Assembly: GCA_016180285.1 (NCBI GenBank)
Contig: JACPBO010000005.1
Coordinates: forward strand, 1 to 48,188
Reading direction: 5' to 3'
Length of the DNA stretch: 48,188 nucleotides
Source of the DNA: Candidatus Woesearchaeota archaeon
GTDB taxonomy: Archaea; Nanobdellota; Nanobdellia; Woesearchaeales; JACPBO01
The number at the start of each line of letters is the position of its first letter. Positions within the stretch are counted from its first letter, which is position 1. The position numbers and the translations under genes were made by a program. The notes beneath the pieces are model-generated. The model was not told the origin of the DNA. It ran no database searches and saw only the letters and a program-made list of their open reading frames with translations. Below, one piece after another: positions 40,571-48,188 of this stretch.

Positions 40571-41442
40571 ATTCTTTTTGATAATAAAATCATTGCAATA
40601 ATCCCAGCCACTAAAAACACTCCTCCGACAACATCATTCACAGTCAAAGCTGCATTCAAAAACAGATAATTAAGCGTGGTTGTTACCGGCGATCCCAGTA
40701 ATAATACTGAAGTTGCCAATGTAACATCTACGTGCTTTAATCCATTATACCAGGCTAATACATACCCTAAAAGGATCAATGATGTTGCTATTATCCACGT
40801 CATCTGCTCAACATTCAAGGATTTCATCAAGAATATTTCTTTTGTTGCAACCAGATAAATCAAAATAAATAAAGATCCGAAAAACATCCTCCCGAATGCA
40901 ACTGTATTGCCGCTCAGCTCCTTCAATACATGCTTTGACAATGTGTTTTCAGCTGCCCAGAACAAGGCCGCGATTAGGATTAATAAATCGCCGTAATTGA
41001 ATGAAAAGGCGCTTATTTTCAGAATTATAAGGTTGCCTATCAATAGCAGCAATGCAGGGATTATAATTTTTTTGCTTAACTTTTCCTTTAAAAAAATAAC
41101 TGCAAAAATTCCAACATAAACAAACATTGTTTTGTGGATCAACGAGCCCATTGCAGAAGATGTCATCTGAAGGCCTCTGAAAAACAATAAAAACGGAACA
41201 GAGCCGCCGATAAGGCCAATTGATGCCAATAACAGCCATTGCTTTTTTGTAAGTTTTTTAAGTTCTTTGAAATTGCCTAATGAAAGGATAACTGCAAATA
41301 AAAACACTGCAACAACTGTATTTTTTGAAAATGTGAAAATATCGGAGTTTATGCCTACTATGCCGAATTTGTTTATGAAAATAGAGAAGCCGCTGATTAT
41401 TGCTGTCAAGAAAACAAGGAGCAGGCCTCTTTTTTCAATCAT
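40540..41442 (-). CDS. EamA/DMT family transporter
   Basis: Two repeats of about 5 TM segments; GDLLILIAALFWA; WYNGLK. Start at 41442. Confidence 0.9.
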   Translation of the reverse strand: MIEKRGLLLVFLTAIISGFSIFINKFGIVGINSDIFTFSKNTVVAVFLFAVILSLGNFKELKKLTKKQWLLLASIGLIGGSVPFLLFFRGLQMTSSAMGSLIHKTMFVYVGIFAVIFLKEKLSKKIIIPALLLLIGNLIILKISAFSFNYGDLLILIAALFWAAENTLSKHVLKELSGNTVAFGRMFFGSLFILIYLVATKEIFLMKSLNVEQMTWIIATSLILLGYVLAWYNGLKHVDVTLATSVLLLGSPVTTTLNYLFLNAALTVNDVVGGVFLVAGIIAMILLSKRIQSTTSTAYP

Positions 41443-41494
41443 ATTATTTTGATAATGCAATGGATTTATATATTTTATTGTTTTGGCATAGTAT

Positions 41495-41878
41495 ATGACA
41501 ACAGTTTTATGCTTTGGAAATGAGTTTTTAAAGAAAGACCGCCTTGCTAAAAAAATAGCTGATGAAATAAAGTTAGATGGCTTTGAATTCATCAAAAGCG
41601 ACAATGTCGACGATATCTTGAACTATGCAAATTCTGATGAATTATACATCATGGATGTTGTTGAAAATATTGAAAAAACAATGCTGATAAAAAATATTGA
41701 CGAGCTAAAAAGCAGCAAAATATGCACGCTGCATGATTTTGATCTCGGGTTTTATCTGAAGCTGATGAAGGAGATCGGGAAAATAAAGGAAATACGGATC
41801 ATAGGAATACCGCAGAAAGGGGATGCTGGGGAGATTAAGAAAGAAATAGCTGAGATTTTGAAAAAAGAAAAAGGCTAG
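41495..41878 (+). CDS. Hydrogenase maturation protease-like protein (HycI/HybD fold)
   Basis: LCFGNEFLKKD, IMDVV, TLHD, IIGIP; hydrogenase context. Confidence 0.75.
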   Translation: MTTVLCFGNEFLKKDRLAKKIADEIKLDGFEFIKSDNVDDILNYANSDELYIMDVVENIEKTMLIKNIDELKSSKICTLHDFDLGFYLKLMKEIGKIKEIRIIGIPQKGDAGEIKKEIAEILKKEKG

Positions 41879-42404
41879 ATATTTTTGGCTGAAACTGCTA
41901 CTGCGCCAACTGATGATGCTGAATGATAGCGAACTTCGCTTTCCTCTTCTGTCAAAAACCACCAGTCAGAGACTAGTAGAATGTTACTGCGTTTTACCGC
42001 ATCAGGTGGTTTTTGAGCATGCTCGGAATTTTCATGATTCGTGCAAAAAAAGCGAAGCTTACCACTAGTCACAGACTAGATGGAAAATTCCGACATTTTA
42101 TGGCGTTTTCTCTTCTGACAACAGAATCCACCACAGCCCAATAAAAATCTATAAATTTTGTAACTATTGGATTTTTAAAGTTTAATTTGTACATCTTTGC
42201 CTTTCCAACAATTCTTGTTTGAACGACCATCTTCTTTTCCCTGAACTCCTTAAAGATCCTTTTTAATGTAGTATACCCTACTTCAGAATATCTAGCAATA
42301 TCCTTCATCGAATAGTCATATTCTGAATGCACTATTAAAAAGCTCCATATTCTGTTTTTTGGGCTGTCTCCCTGCTCTTTTAAAAATACTGATTTTGGCA
42401 TCAT
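41875..42404 (-). pseudogene. Winged HTH regulator with its 3' end interrupted by the 146-bp element (DNA-binding domain intact)
   Basis: Paralog of 20499-20831 (GDSPK...YSMKDIA...MYKLN). Removing 41950-42095 gives ...RRENAIK-EEESEVRYHSASSVGAVAVSAKNI-stop (127 aa). Confidence 0.75.
41950..42095 (-). mobile_element. Double-hairpin insertion element, copy C (146 bp)
   Basis: TGTCAAAAACCACC...GGTGGTTTTTGA GCATGC TCGGAATTTTC...GAAAATTCCGACA. Confidence 0.88.
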
Positions 42405-42508
42405 GTAAATGGCAATGATATGCTTGTATTTAAAGGTTTCTATTTTAGACCCTTAAGAGGCCATATTTGGACCACACATTTATATACAAGCAGCATTCTG
42501 CTTGGATA

Positions 42509-42814
42509 ATGGCACAGGTAAAGAGGAGCGAGTATATAAGAATAAGCAGGGATATTGTAAAAAAGCTTTTTGACTTAGGCTGCTTTGGCAAGGGTTCTGT
42601 TTACATTAATGTTTTGAAAACTGCAACGCCTAAAGAAGATTTGGATAAGACAGATAAAGTTCTAGATGCGTTAGTAAGGCAGAACATCTGCTGCAAAAAG
42701 AAGAAAGAGCATGGATGGAAGTATTATCTTAATATGGATCGTTATGACAAGATCAAAGAGATCATCAAGGAAACGGGAGTAAGGTCGATTATACCGGTTT
42801 TGCTGATGCTGTGA
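42509..42814 (+). CDS. Small basic winged-helix-like protein
   Basis: KKLFDLGCFGKG...VLDALVRQNICCKKKK...YYLN. TTTATATA lies about 22 nt upstream of ATG 42509. Confidence 0.7.
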   Translation: MAQVKRSEYIRISRDIVKKLFDLGCFGKGSVYINVLKTATPKEDLDKTDKVLDALVRQNICCKKKKEHGWKYYLNMDRYDKIKEIIKETGVRSIIPVLLML

Positions 42815-42832
42815 TTGCGGACAAATATGAAA

Positions 42833-44107
42833 TCATTTCTCCCAATTCACTTTTAAGAAATGCGTTGAGCATGAAATGCATGGATCATAAGCTCTAATCA
42901 ATTTTTCAAGCTGCAGCACGATCTCGCTTTCTTTCAAGCTCAAGATCCCGGGCAGGAATGCCTTTATGTCATCCTCCATGTTCCTCAAATTCTGCGATGT
43001 GGGGGTTGTAATGTTGGCTTTCTTTACAAAACCGTTTTCATCAAAAGTATAGTCATGGAACAGCATCCCTCTTGGAGCTTCTGTAATTCCAACGCCTCTG
43101 CCTGCTTTGATTTTTATTTCAGAGCAGCCTTCTTCCTCTAATTCCAGATCCCTTAGAATTTCAATTGCCCTTTCAACACAAAAAAGAAGCTCAATTGCCT
43201 GCGCCACATTATTGCTGAAAGGCGAAAAGCTTGGAATCCTAAATGGAACCATATCCTGAATGTTTTTAGGCAGCTTTTCAAAATTATTGTTAAGCCTTGC
43301 CAAAGCGCCAACCATATAGCTGTTGCCCTCTGCAACAACGAATTCCGATTTTGATCCTTCCTCAAAATATTCCCTGAAATGATTCTGGTAATCTTTAGTT
43401 GGAATGCACATATTGCCTGTGCAGGATATTGCTCCGTCAATAAGGGAATACTTATCAGATTCAAGCGCAAAATATTTTGTTTCCCGCTCAAATGAGGGAT
43501 ATTTCAGATCAGAAAATAATTTAACAGATTCAACTGCATCCTGCTTTATGCTTTCAAGCATTCTGAGCAAAGCATTTACTTCGTTTTTTGGAGGAAGCTT
43601 TGAGAATCCGCCTATTATTGGCGTTATCGGATGCACTTCCCTGCCGCCAATTATTGCAACGATCTCATTTCCTATTTTTTTCATCTTCAAGGCTCTTTCA
43701 ACCTCTTTCGGATGCTTTGAAGCCATCTCGATGGCAGAGTCAAAGCCAAGGTAATCGGGCAGCGAAAGAAAATAAAGGTGCAGTGTGTGATTCTGCAGAT
43801 AAGAGCCCAAAACAAGCAGCTCTCTTAATAATTTTGTCTGCTCGCTGACTTTAACATTGAATGCGTCCTCAACAGCTTTTAAGGATGTTACAAGATGCGA
43901 GGGGGAACAAGTGCCGCAGATCCTTGATGTCAGCACAGGAGCATCCCCGTATTTTCTGTTCTTTATAATGTCTTCAAAAAATCTTGCTCCTTCAAATGTT
44001 TCTATTTTTGCTTTTTCAACCCTGCCATTCTCTATTCTGATATTCAGCTTGGCATGGCCTTCGATCTTTGCAATGTGGTTGAGCTTGATTGTATGATTTG
44101 TTTCCAT
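42833..44107 (-). CDS. hydA: Group 3b [NiFe]-hydrogenase large (alpha) subunit
   Basis: KIEGH; L1 RICGTC; EAPRG; L2 DPCISCSTH followed by a short cleavable tail. Confidence 0.93.
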   Translation of the reverse strand: METNHTIKLNHIAKIEGHAKLNIRIENGRVEKAKIETFEGARFFEDIIKNRKYGDAPVLTSRICGTCSPSHLVTSLKAVEDAFNVKVSEQTKLLRELLVLGSYLQNHTLHLYFLSLPDYLGFDSAIEMASKHPKEVERALKMKKIGNEIVAIIGGREVHPITPIIGGFSKLPPKNEVNALLRMLESIKQDAVESVKLFSDLKYPSFERETKYFALESDKYSLIDGAISCTGNMCIPTKDYQNHFREYFEEGSKSEFVVAEGNSYMVGALARLNNNFEKLPKNIQDMVPFRIPSFSPFSNNVAQAIELLFCVERAIEILRDLELEEEGCSEIKIKAGRGVGITEAPRGMLFHDYTFDENGFVKKANITTPTSQNLRNMEDDIKAFLPGILSLKESEIVLQLEKLIRAYDPCISCSTHFLKVNWEK

Positions 44108-44108
44108 T

Positions 44109-44873
44109 TTATTTTTTAATATCTTCGTTGAACTTCTTAAACACTTTTGACGTTCCTGCAAATGTCCTGAAATACCTTTTAATGTCCTCTGTTGTCAAGC
44201 CGCACTTTTTAAACTGCTCGATCTCAGCATCAAGATTTGCATCTTCCATTGGCCCGAAGCAGCCATAGCACGGGGTTGAATGCGAAGGGCATAAAGCATT
44301 GCAGCCGGCATATGTTATCGGGCCCATGCAGGGCTCTCCTTTCTGCAGCAAGCAGATATTCTCTTTCTGCCTGCATTCAAAGCACACATTATGTGTTATT
44401 TGTTTTGGCTTTTTTCCAACAACAAGGTCTTTCATTACATTTATGAATTCTTTCTTGTCAATCGGGCAGCCGCGCATGAAATAATCAACCTTAATGAAAG
44501 CATCAATGCCGCGGGCAGCAATTTGCTTCAAGAATAATGGATTCGGAGGCAGAGCTTCAACCTGGTCATGCAAGTCAAGAAAATTCCTTATTGTTGGAAC
44601 CCCGCCGTAAGTTGCGCATGTTCCGAATGCTATTATGAATTTGCTTTTTTCTCTTATTTTAACTGCCTGCTGCTGCTCCTCTTCCGTTGTAATGCAGCCT
44701 TCAATAAGCGCAACATCAAAAGGGCCTTCTTCGTTCTTTTTTTTGATCAGCTCGAAATTAGCTATATTGACTATTTTCATAAGCTCTATCAGGTTATGCT
44801 CCAGATTAAGTATATTCCACATGCAGCCCTGGCAGCTTGTCAGCGCAAATATGCCGATTTTTAGCTTATCCAT
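44109..44873 (-). CDS. hydD: Group 3b hydrogenase small (delta) subunit
   Basis: TSCQGC, GTCA, GCP, VCFEC, CMGPITYAGC...CPSHSTPCYGC. Confidence 0.92.
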   Translation of the reverse strand: MDKLKIGIFALTSCQGCMWNILNLEHNLIELMKIVNIANFELIKKKNEEGPFDVALIEGCITTEEEQQQAVKIREKSKFIIAFGTCATYGGVPTIRNFLDLHDQVEALPPNPLFLKQIAARGIDAFIKVDYFMRGCPIDKKEFINVMKDLVVGKKPKQITHNVCFECRQKENICLLQKGEPCMGPITYAGCNALCPSHSTPCYGCFGPMEDANLDAEIEQFKKCGLTTEDIKRYFRTFAGTSKVFKKFNEDIKK

Positions 44874-44874
44874 C

Positions 44875-45882
44875 TCAAGCCTTAACCTCATTTATTTTTT
44901 TGCCTTTCATAAAGCCCCTGATATTTTCAATCGTTGTATCAAGAATTCTTTGCAATGCCTCAATGCTATTAAATGCATTGTGCGGCGTTATAATCACGTT
45001 CTCCCTTTTCAGCAAAGTATGATTCTGTATCACGGTCTTTAATGTTTCAATCGGATAATTCTTTGAAAGAAGCTCACTTTCTTCTTTTACCAGCTGCTCT
45101 TCTTCAAGCACATCCAATCCTGCTCCTGACAATATTCCTTTGTCCAATGCCTTGACTAATGCATCTGTCTCAACTAATCCGCCTCTTGCAGTATTTATTA
45201 AAATAGCGCCTTTTTTTATCAGATGCATATTGCCTTTATTTATCATGTGATGCGTTGCCTTGCTGTAAGGGGCATGCATGCTTATAATATCAGAATTTTT
45301 TAAAAGGTCATTTAATAAGGCATATTTGAAGCCAAACTTTTTGGCCAGCTTTGAATCTCTTCTGACATCATATGCCAGAACATTCATTTCAAAACCATTT
45401 GCGATTCTTATGACATGCTGCCCGATATGGCCTGCTCCTATAACGCCGAGAGTTTTTCCTTTAAGGTCAAATCCCCTCAATCCTTCAAGCGAGAAGTCGC
45501 CCCTTACTGTTTTTTCATACGCCCTGTGTATTTTTCTTGACAATGCCAGAATCAATGCAAATGTGTGCTCTGCAACTGTGTTTTCGCCGTAATAAGGGAC
45601 ATTGGCTACTGCAATTTTCCTTTTTCTGCACTCTTCAACGTCAATGTGGTCGTAGCCGGTTGACCTTGTTGCTATTAATTTTAATTTATTGAATTTGCCT
45701 AACATGCCTTTATTTATTTTTGAATAAATAAAAACAGACAATATATCAAAATCTTTTACTTTGCCAATATTTTTTTCATTTGATTCATCATTGAAAAATA
45801 AAATATTGCCTTTAAGCTTTTTTTTAATATATTCTTTTTCCCAGTCTTCCATTTCAAAAAATGCAATTTTCATTATTCTCAA
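44875..45882 (-). CDS. D-2-hydroxyacid dehydrogenase (D-lactate dehydrogenase-like)
   Basis: RSTGYDHID, VAEH, GAGHIG, INTARG, DVLEEE, TPHNAF. Start is 45882 or 45873. Confidence 0.93.
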   Translation of the reverse strand: MRIMKIAFFEMEDWEKEYIKKKLKGNILFFNDESNEKNIGKVKDFDILSVFIYSKINKGMLGKFNKLKLIATRSTGYDHIDVEECRKRKIAVANVPYYGENTVAEHTFALILALSRKIHRAYEKTVRGDFSLEGLRGFDLKGKTLGVIGAGHIGQHVIRIANGFEMNVLAYDVRRDSKLAKKFGFKYALLNDLLKNSDIISMHAPYSKATHHMINKGNMHLIKKGAILINTARGGLVETDALVKALDKGILSGAGLDVLEEEQLVKEESELLSKNYPIETLKTVIQNHTLLKRENVIITPHNAFNSIEALQRILDTTIENIRGFMKGKKINEVKA

Positions 45883-46664
45883 TCCTCCAAATTCTTCACA
45901 AAATCATGCCTGAAAACAGGCCCGTCTCTGCAGGCGTAATTGCCTTCTATCATGCAATGCCCGCATTTCCCGATTCCGCAGTGCATCAGCCTTTCAAATG
46001 AAACAAAAATCTGGCTGTCTTTGAAGCCTTGCTTTTCTAACAGCTCAATCACGAATTTTATCATTATTGGCGGGCCGCATGTAATTGCAATCGAGCCTTT
46101 CTTTGGCGGCATTTTTTCAAGCAATGCCGTTACAAGGCCGGCATTGCCTTTCCAGCTGCTTTCCGCCCTGTCAACTGTAAGATAAACATTCATGTGCTTT
46201 TTCCATTTTTCAAGGTCATATTTGAACAATATGTCATCAGGGCTTCTGAAGCCGAGGAAAACATCGACATTTTTGTATTGCTTTCTATTTTTTATTATAA
46301 ACTCAATTACGCCTCTTAATGGCGCTGCTCCTGTTCCGCCGCCTATGACTGTAAGATTCTTTTTTTTCAGAATGTTCATCGGATAGCCGTGGCCATATGG
46401 TCCTCTGACGTAAATAATGTCTCCTTTTTTCAGCTTGTGGATCGCATTAGTTACATTGCCGACATTCCTTACAGCGAGCTCAATATGGTCTTTTGAATAA
46501 GAGCAGAGTGATATGGGGCATTCGCCTATCTTTGGAACATAAACCTCGACAAACTGGCCAGGAAGATGATCTGATCTGAAGTTTATTTTATAAGTGCTTA
46601 TGTCTGCTGTTTCATTTTTAATGCCTAATATTTTCTGTTTTTGAGGAAAGTAGGGGTTGTTCAT
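45879..46664 (-). CDS. hydG: Group 3b hydrogenase gamma subunit (FAD/NAD(P)-binding, 2Fe-2S)
   Basis: PGQF, RGPYG, GGGTGAAP, CGPPIM, MHCGIGKCGHC...CRDGPVF. Confidence 0.93.
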   Translation of the reverse strand: MNNPYFPQKQKILGIKNETADISTYKINFRSDHLPGQFVEVYVPKIGECPISLCSYSKDHIELAVRNVGNVTNAIHKLKKGDIIYVRGPYGHGYPMNILKKKNLTVIGGGTGAAPLRGVIEFIIKNRKQYKNVDVFLGFRSPDDILFKYDLEKWKKHMNVYLTVDRAESSWKGNAGLVTALLEKMPPKKGSIAITCGPPIMIKFVIELLEKQGFKDSQIFVSFERLMHCGIGKCGHCMIEGNYACRDGPVFRHDFVKNLED

Positions 46665-47455
46665 TTTTTTCNNNNNNNNNNNNNNNNNNNNNNNNNNNNN
46701 NNNNNNNNNNGCTGCTGGCAGCTGCTCCATAGCCTCTGCCTTACCCCGTTCTGGCAGTTCAGGTCAAGCTCATCGCGAAGCTCAAAGCAGGTGCATGTAG
46801 GGCAGACTATCGTGCATGCAGAGCAGCTCAAGCATTTCTTTCCATTCTCTTCCCATATTCCCTGATTATCTGTTTTTATTTTGCCTAATTTCAGAGTTTT
46901 TGGAGAATTGATTTTTGCTTTTTTAATTTTCTTATTTGTTTTTTTAAAGAATTTTTTATTAAGCAATTTTTTACCCTTTTGAGTTTTGATGTCAATAACA
47001 TAAGAAGCATTATTATCAAAAATCTTTAAATCATAATAATCCTTTAAGCCCATGGATTCGCAGAAGCTGTTTTCGCATACTTTGCCGCACGGAATCTCGA
47101 CTATTACTGAATTATCTCGGCGGGCTTTGTAATTTATGTCAACCGGATCCTGCAGAAACAATTTGTCAAACCTTAGAACAGCGTTTGCATCGCATTTGTT
47201 CAGGAAAAGGACTGTTGTTTTGATTTCATCGCTGTCCGGCTTTATTTTATTATTTTCGAACAGGAAAAGCTCTTCCCTTTTCGGCAGGAAGAATTTTTTT
47301 GCAGGGTATAATGGGGCTTTAAAAACAACAAGGTCATTAGCTTGAACAACCTTGGCCCTTACGATCTCCTGCTGCACAGGGGCAATGAGATCAAATTTAT
47401 CTGTGAGAAACTCCAAATAATCCTTAAAATCCTCTTTTTTTATCTCGTACAACAT
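46661..47455 (-). CDS. hydB: Group 3b hydrogenase beta subunit (Fe-S); C-terminus falls in an assembly gap
   Basis: PAKKFFLP, KCD, CLSCSACTIVCPTCTC, WSSC. ATG 47455 follows a TATA box. Confidence 0.88.
   Translation of the reverse strand: MLYEIKKEDFKDYLEFLTDKFDLIAPVQQEIVRAKVVQANDLVVFKAPLYPAKKFFLPKREELFLFENNKIKPDSDEIKTTVLFLNKCDANAVLRFDKLFLQDPVDINYKARRDNSVIVEIPCGKVCENSFCESMGLKDYYDLKIFDNNASYVIDIKTQKGKKLLNKKFFKKTNKKIKKAKINSPKTLKLGKIKTDNQGIWEENGKKCLSCSACTIVCPTCTCFELRDELDLNCQNGVRQRLWSSCQQXXXXXXXXXXXXXXKK
46672..46710. other. Assembly gap (39 N), probably under-sized
   Basis: The second 4Fe-4S motif expected in HydB is missing and, with its preceding linker, would not fit in 13 codons. Confidence 0.85.
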
Positions 47456-47499
47456 ATTAAGAGTGATTTTATTATTAAAGTTTTTAAAGGTTATGTTTA

Positions 47500-48186
47500 T
47501 CAGCAAAATCTCAATAAATAATAACGAAAGCCCTTTTCAATAGCCTCAAGCGAAGCGCTCAGTATGTTCTCATTAACGCCGATCGTTGCCCACTCATTCC
47601 CGTTATTTTTGAATTCTATGTAGACCCTTACTGAAGATTCTGCGCCCTTGTCCTCTGCGATCATAACTTTATAGTTGATAAGCTTTATGCCATCAAGCTG
47701 CCTGAAAGACGCCAAAAGCTTTTTGAAAGCATCGTATGCTGCATCAACAGGACCCTGCTCTTTTACAGGAGCAATTACTTCAGTTTCAGCTCCGTTTACA
47801 TTGCCGGCCATAACGCACTCGGAGTAAAGCTCGCCACTTATATTTTCAGAAATGATCTTCCAGCCAGTTACTGCGAATAAAGGATTTTTTTTAAGAAAAT
47901 GCTTATTTGCCAGCAAATATTTCTCAGCTTCCAGATCGCCTATGTCATAGCCTTTCTTTTCCAGAAGCTTGACATCATCAAGCATTTCTTTTATTCTTGG
48001 GTCTTTTTTGTCTGCTTGAATTCCAAACTGCTTCAGAACTTCAACGATGCTGGCAGAGCCTGAAAGGTCTGACAAAACAATATCGCGGGAATTGCCTACT
48101 GCTTCCGGATCAATATGCTCGTAAGAAGCGCCTTTGCTAAGCGCATCAACATGGATGCCCCCTTTATGTGAGAATGCGTTTTTTCC
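47500..48186 (-). CDS. cimA: Citramalate synthase-like (LeuA/CimA family) C-terminal part; starts beyond the window
   Basis: Frame is open to the edge: GKNAFSHKGGIHVDA...YEHIDPEAVGN; allosteric domain GPVDA...YKV...W-x-TIG...ASLEAI. Confidence 0.8.
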   Translation of the reverse strand, partial: GKNAFSHKGGIHVDALSKGASYEHIDPEAVGNSRDIVLSDLSGSASIVEVLKQFGIQADKKDPRIKEMLDDVKLLEKKGYDIGDLEAEKYLLANKHFLKKNPLFAVTGWKIISENISGELYSECVMAGNVNGAETEVIAPVKEQGPVDAAYDAFKKLLASFRQLDGIKLINYKVMIAEDKGAESSVRVYIEFKNNGNEWATIGVNENILSASLEAIEKGFRYYLLRFC

Positions 48187-48188
48187 TA

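Noticed and set aside
46661..46730. HydB lacking its second Fe-S motif, or a HydB-HydG fusion
   Set aside because: Artifact of the N gap. HydG has its own ATG overlapping a TGA at 46661-46664.

Overview
Archaeal genome fragment, most likely DPANN (Woesearchaeota-like). This is inferred from PolB, Rpp21, a Dph2 fragment, a class III signal peptide, TATA/BRE promoters with leaderless starts, and bacterial-type gap/pgk. Main contents: polB (5'-truncated); an AbrB-headed operon of large Cys-rich surface proteins including an M64 peptidase and a pilin-like protein; metB-like, pgk, gap and ppsA; a group 3b [NiFe]-hydrogenase locus with a D-2-hydroxyacid dehydrogenase embedded in it; and the 3' part of a citramalate synthase-like gene. 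Two signals stand out. (1) Three copies (150, 54 and 146 bp) of a double-hairpin element, TGTCAAAAACC...TGAGCATGCTC...GACA, sit inside protein-coding genes with no obvious target duplication. Their precise removal rejoins each reading frame, and they show compensatory changes and G-U wobbles on the mRNA-sense strand. (2) A 27-codon leader ORF ending M-L-M-L-M-R, followed by U-rich tracts, precedes the metB-like gene and suggests Met-responsive attenuation. I saw no rRNA, tRNA, CRISPR array or transposase. All family assignments come from motif recognition by eye, not from database searches.
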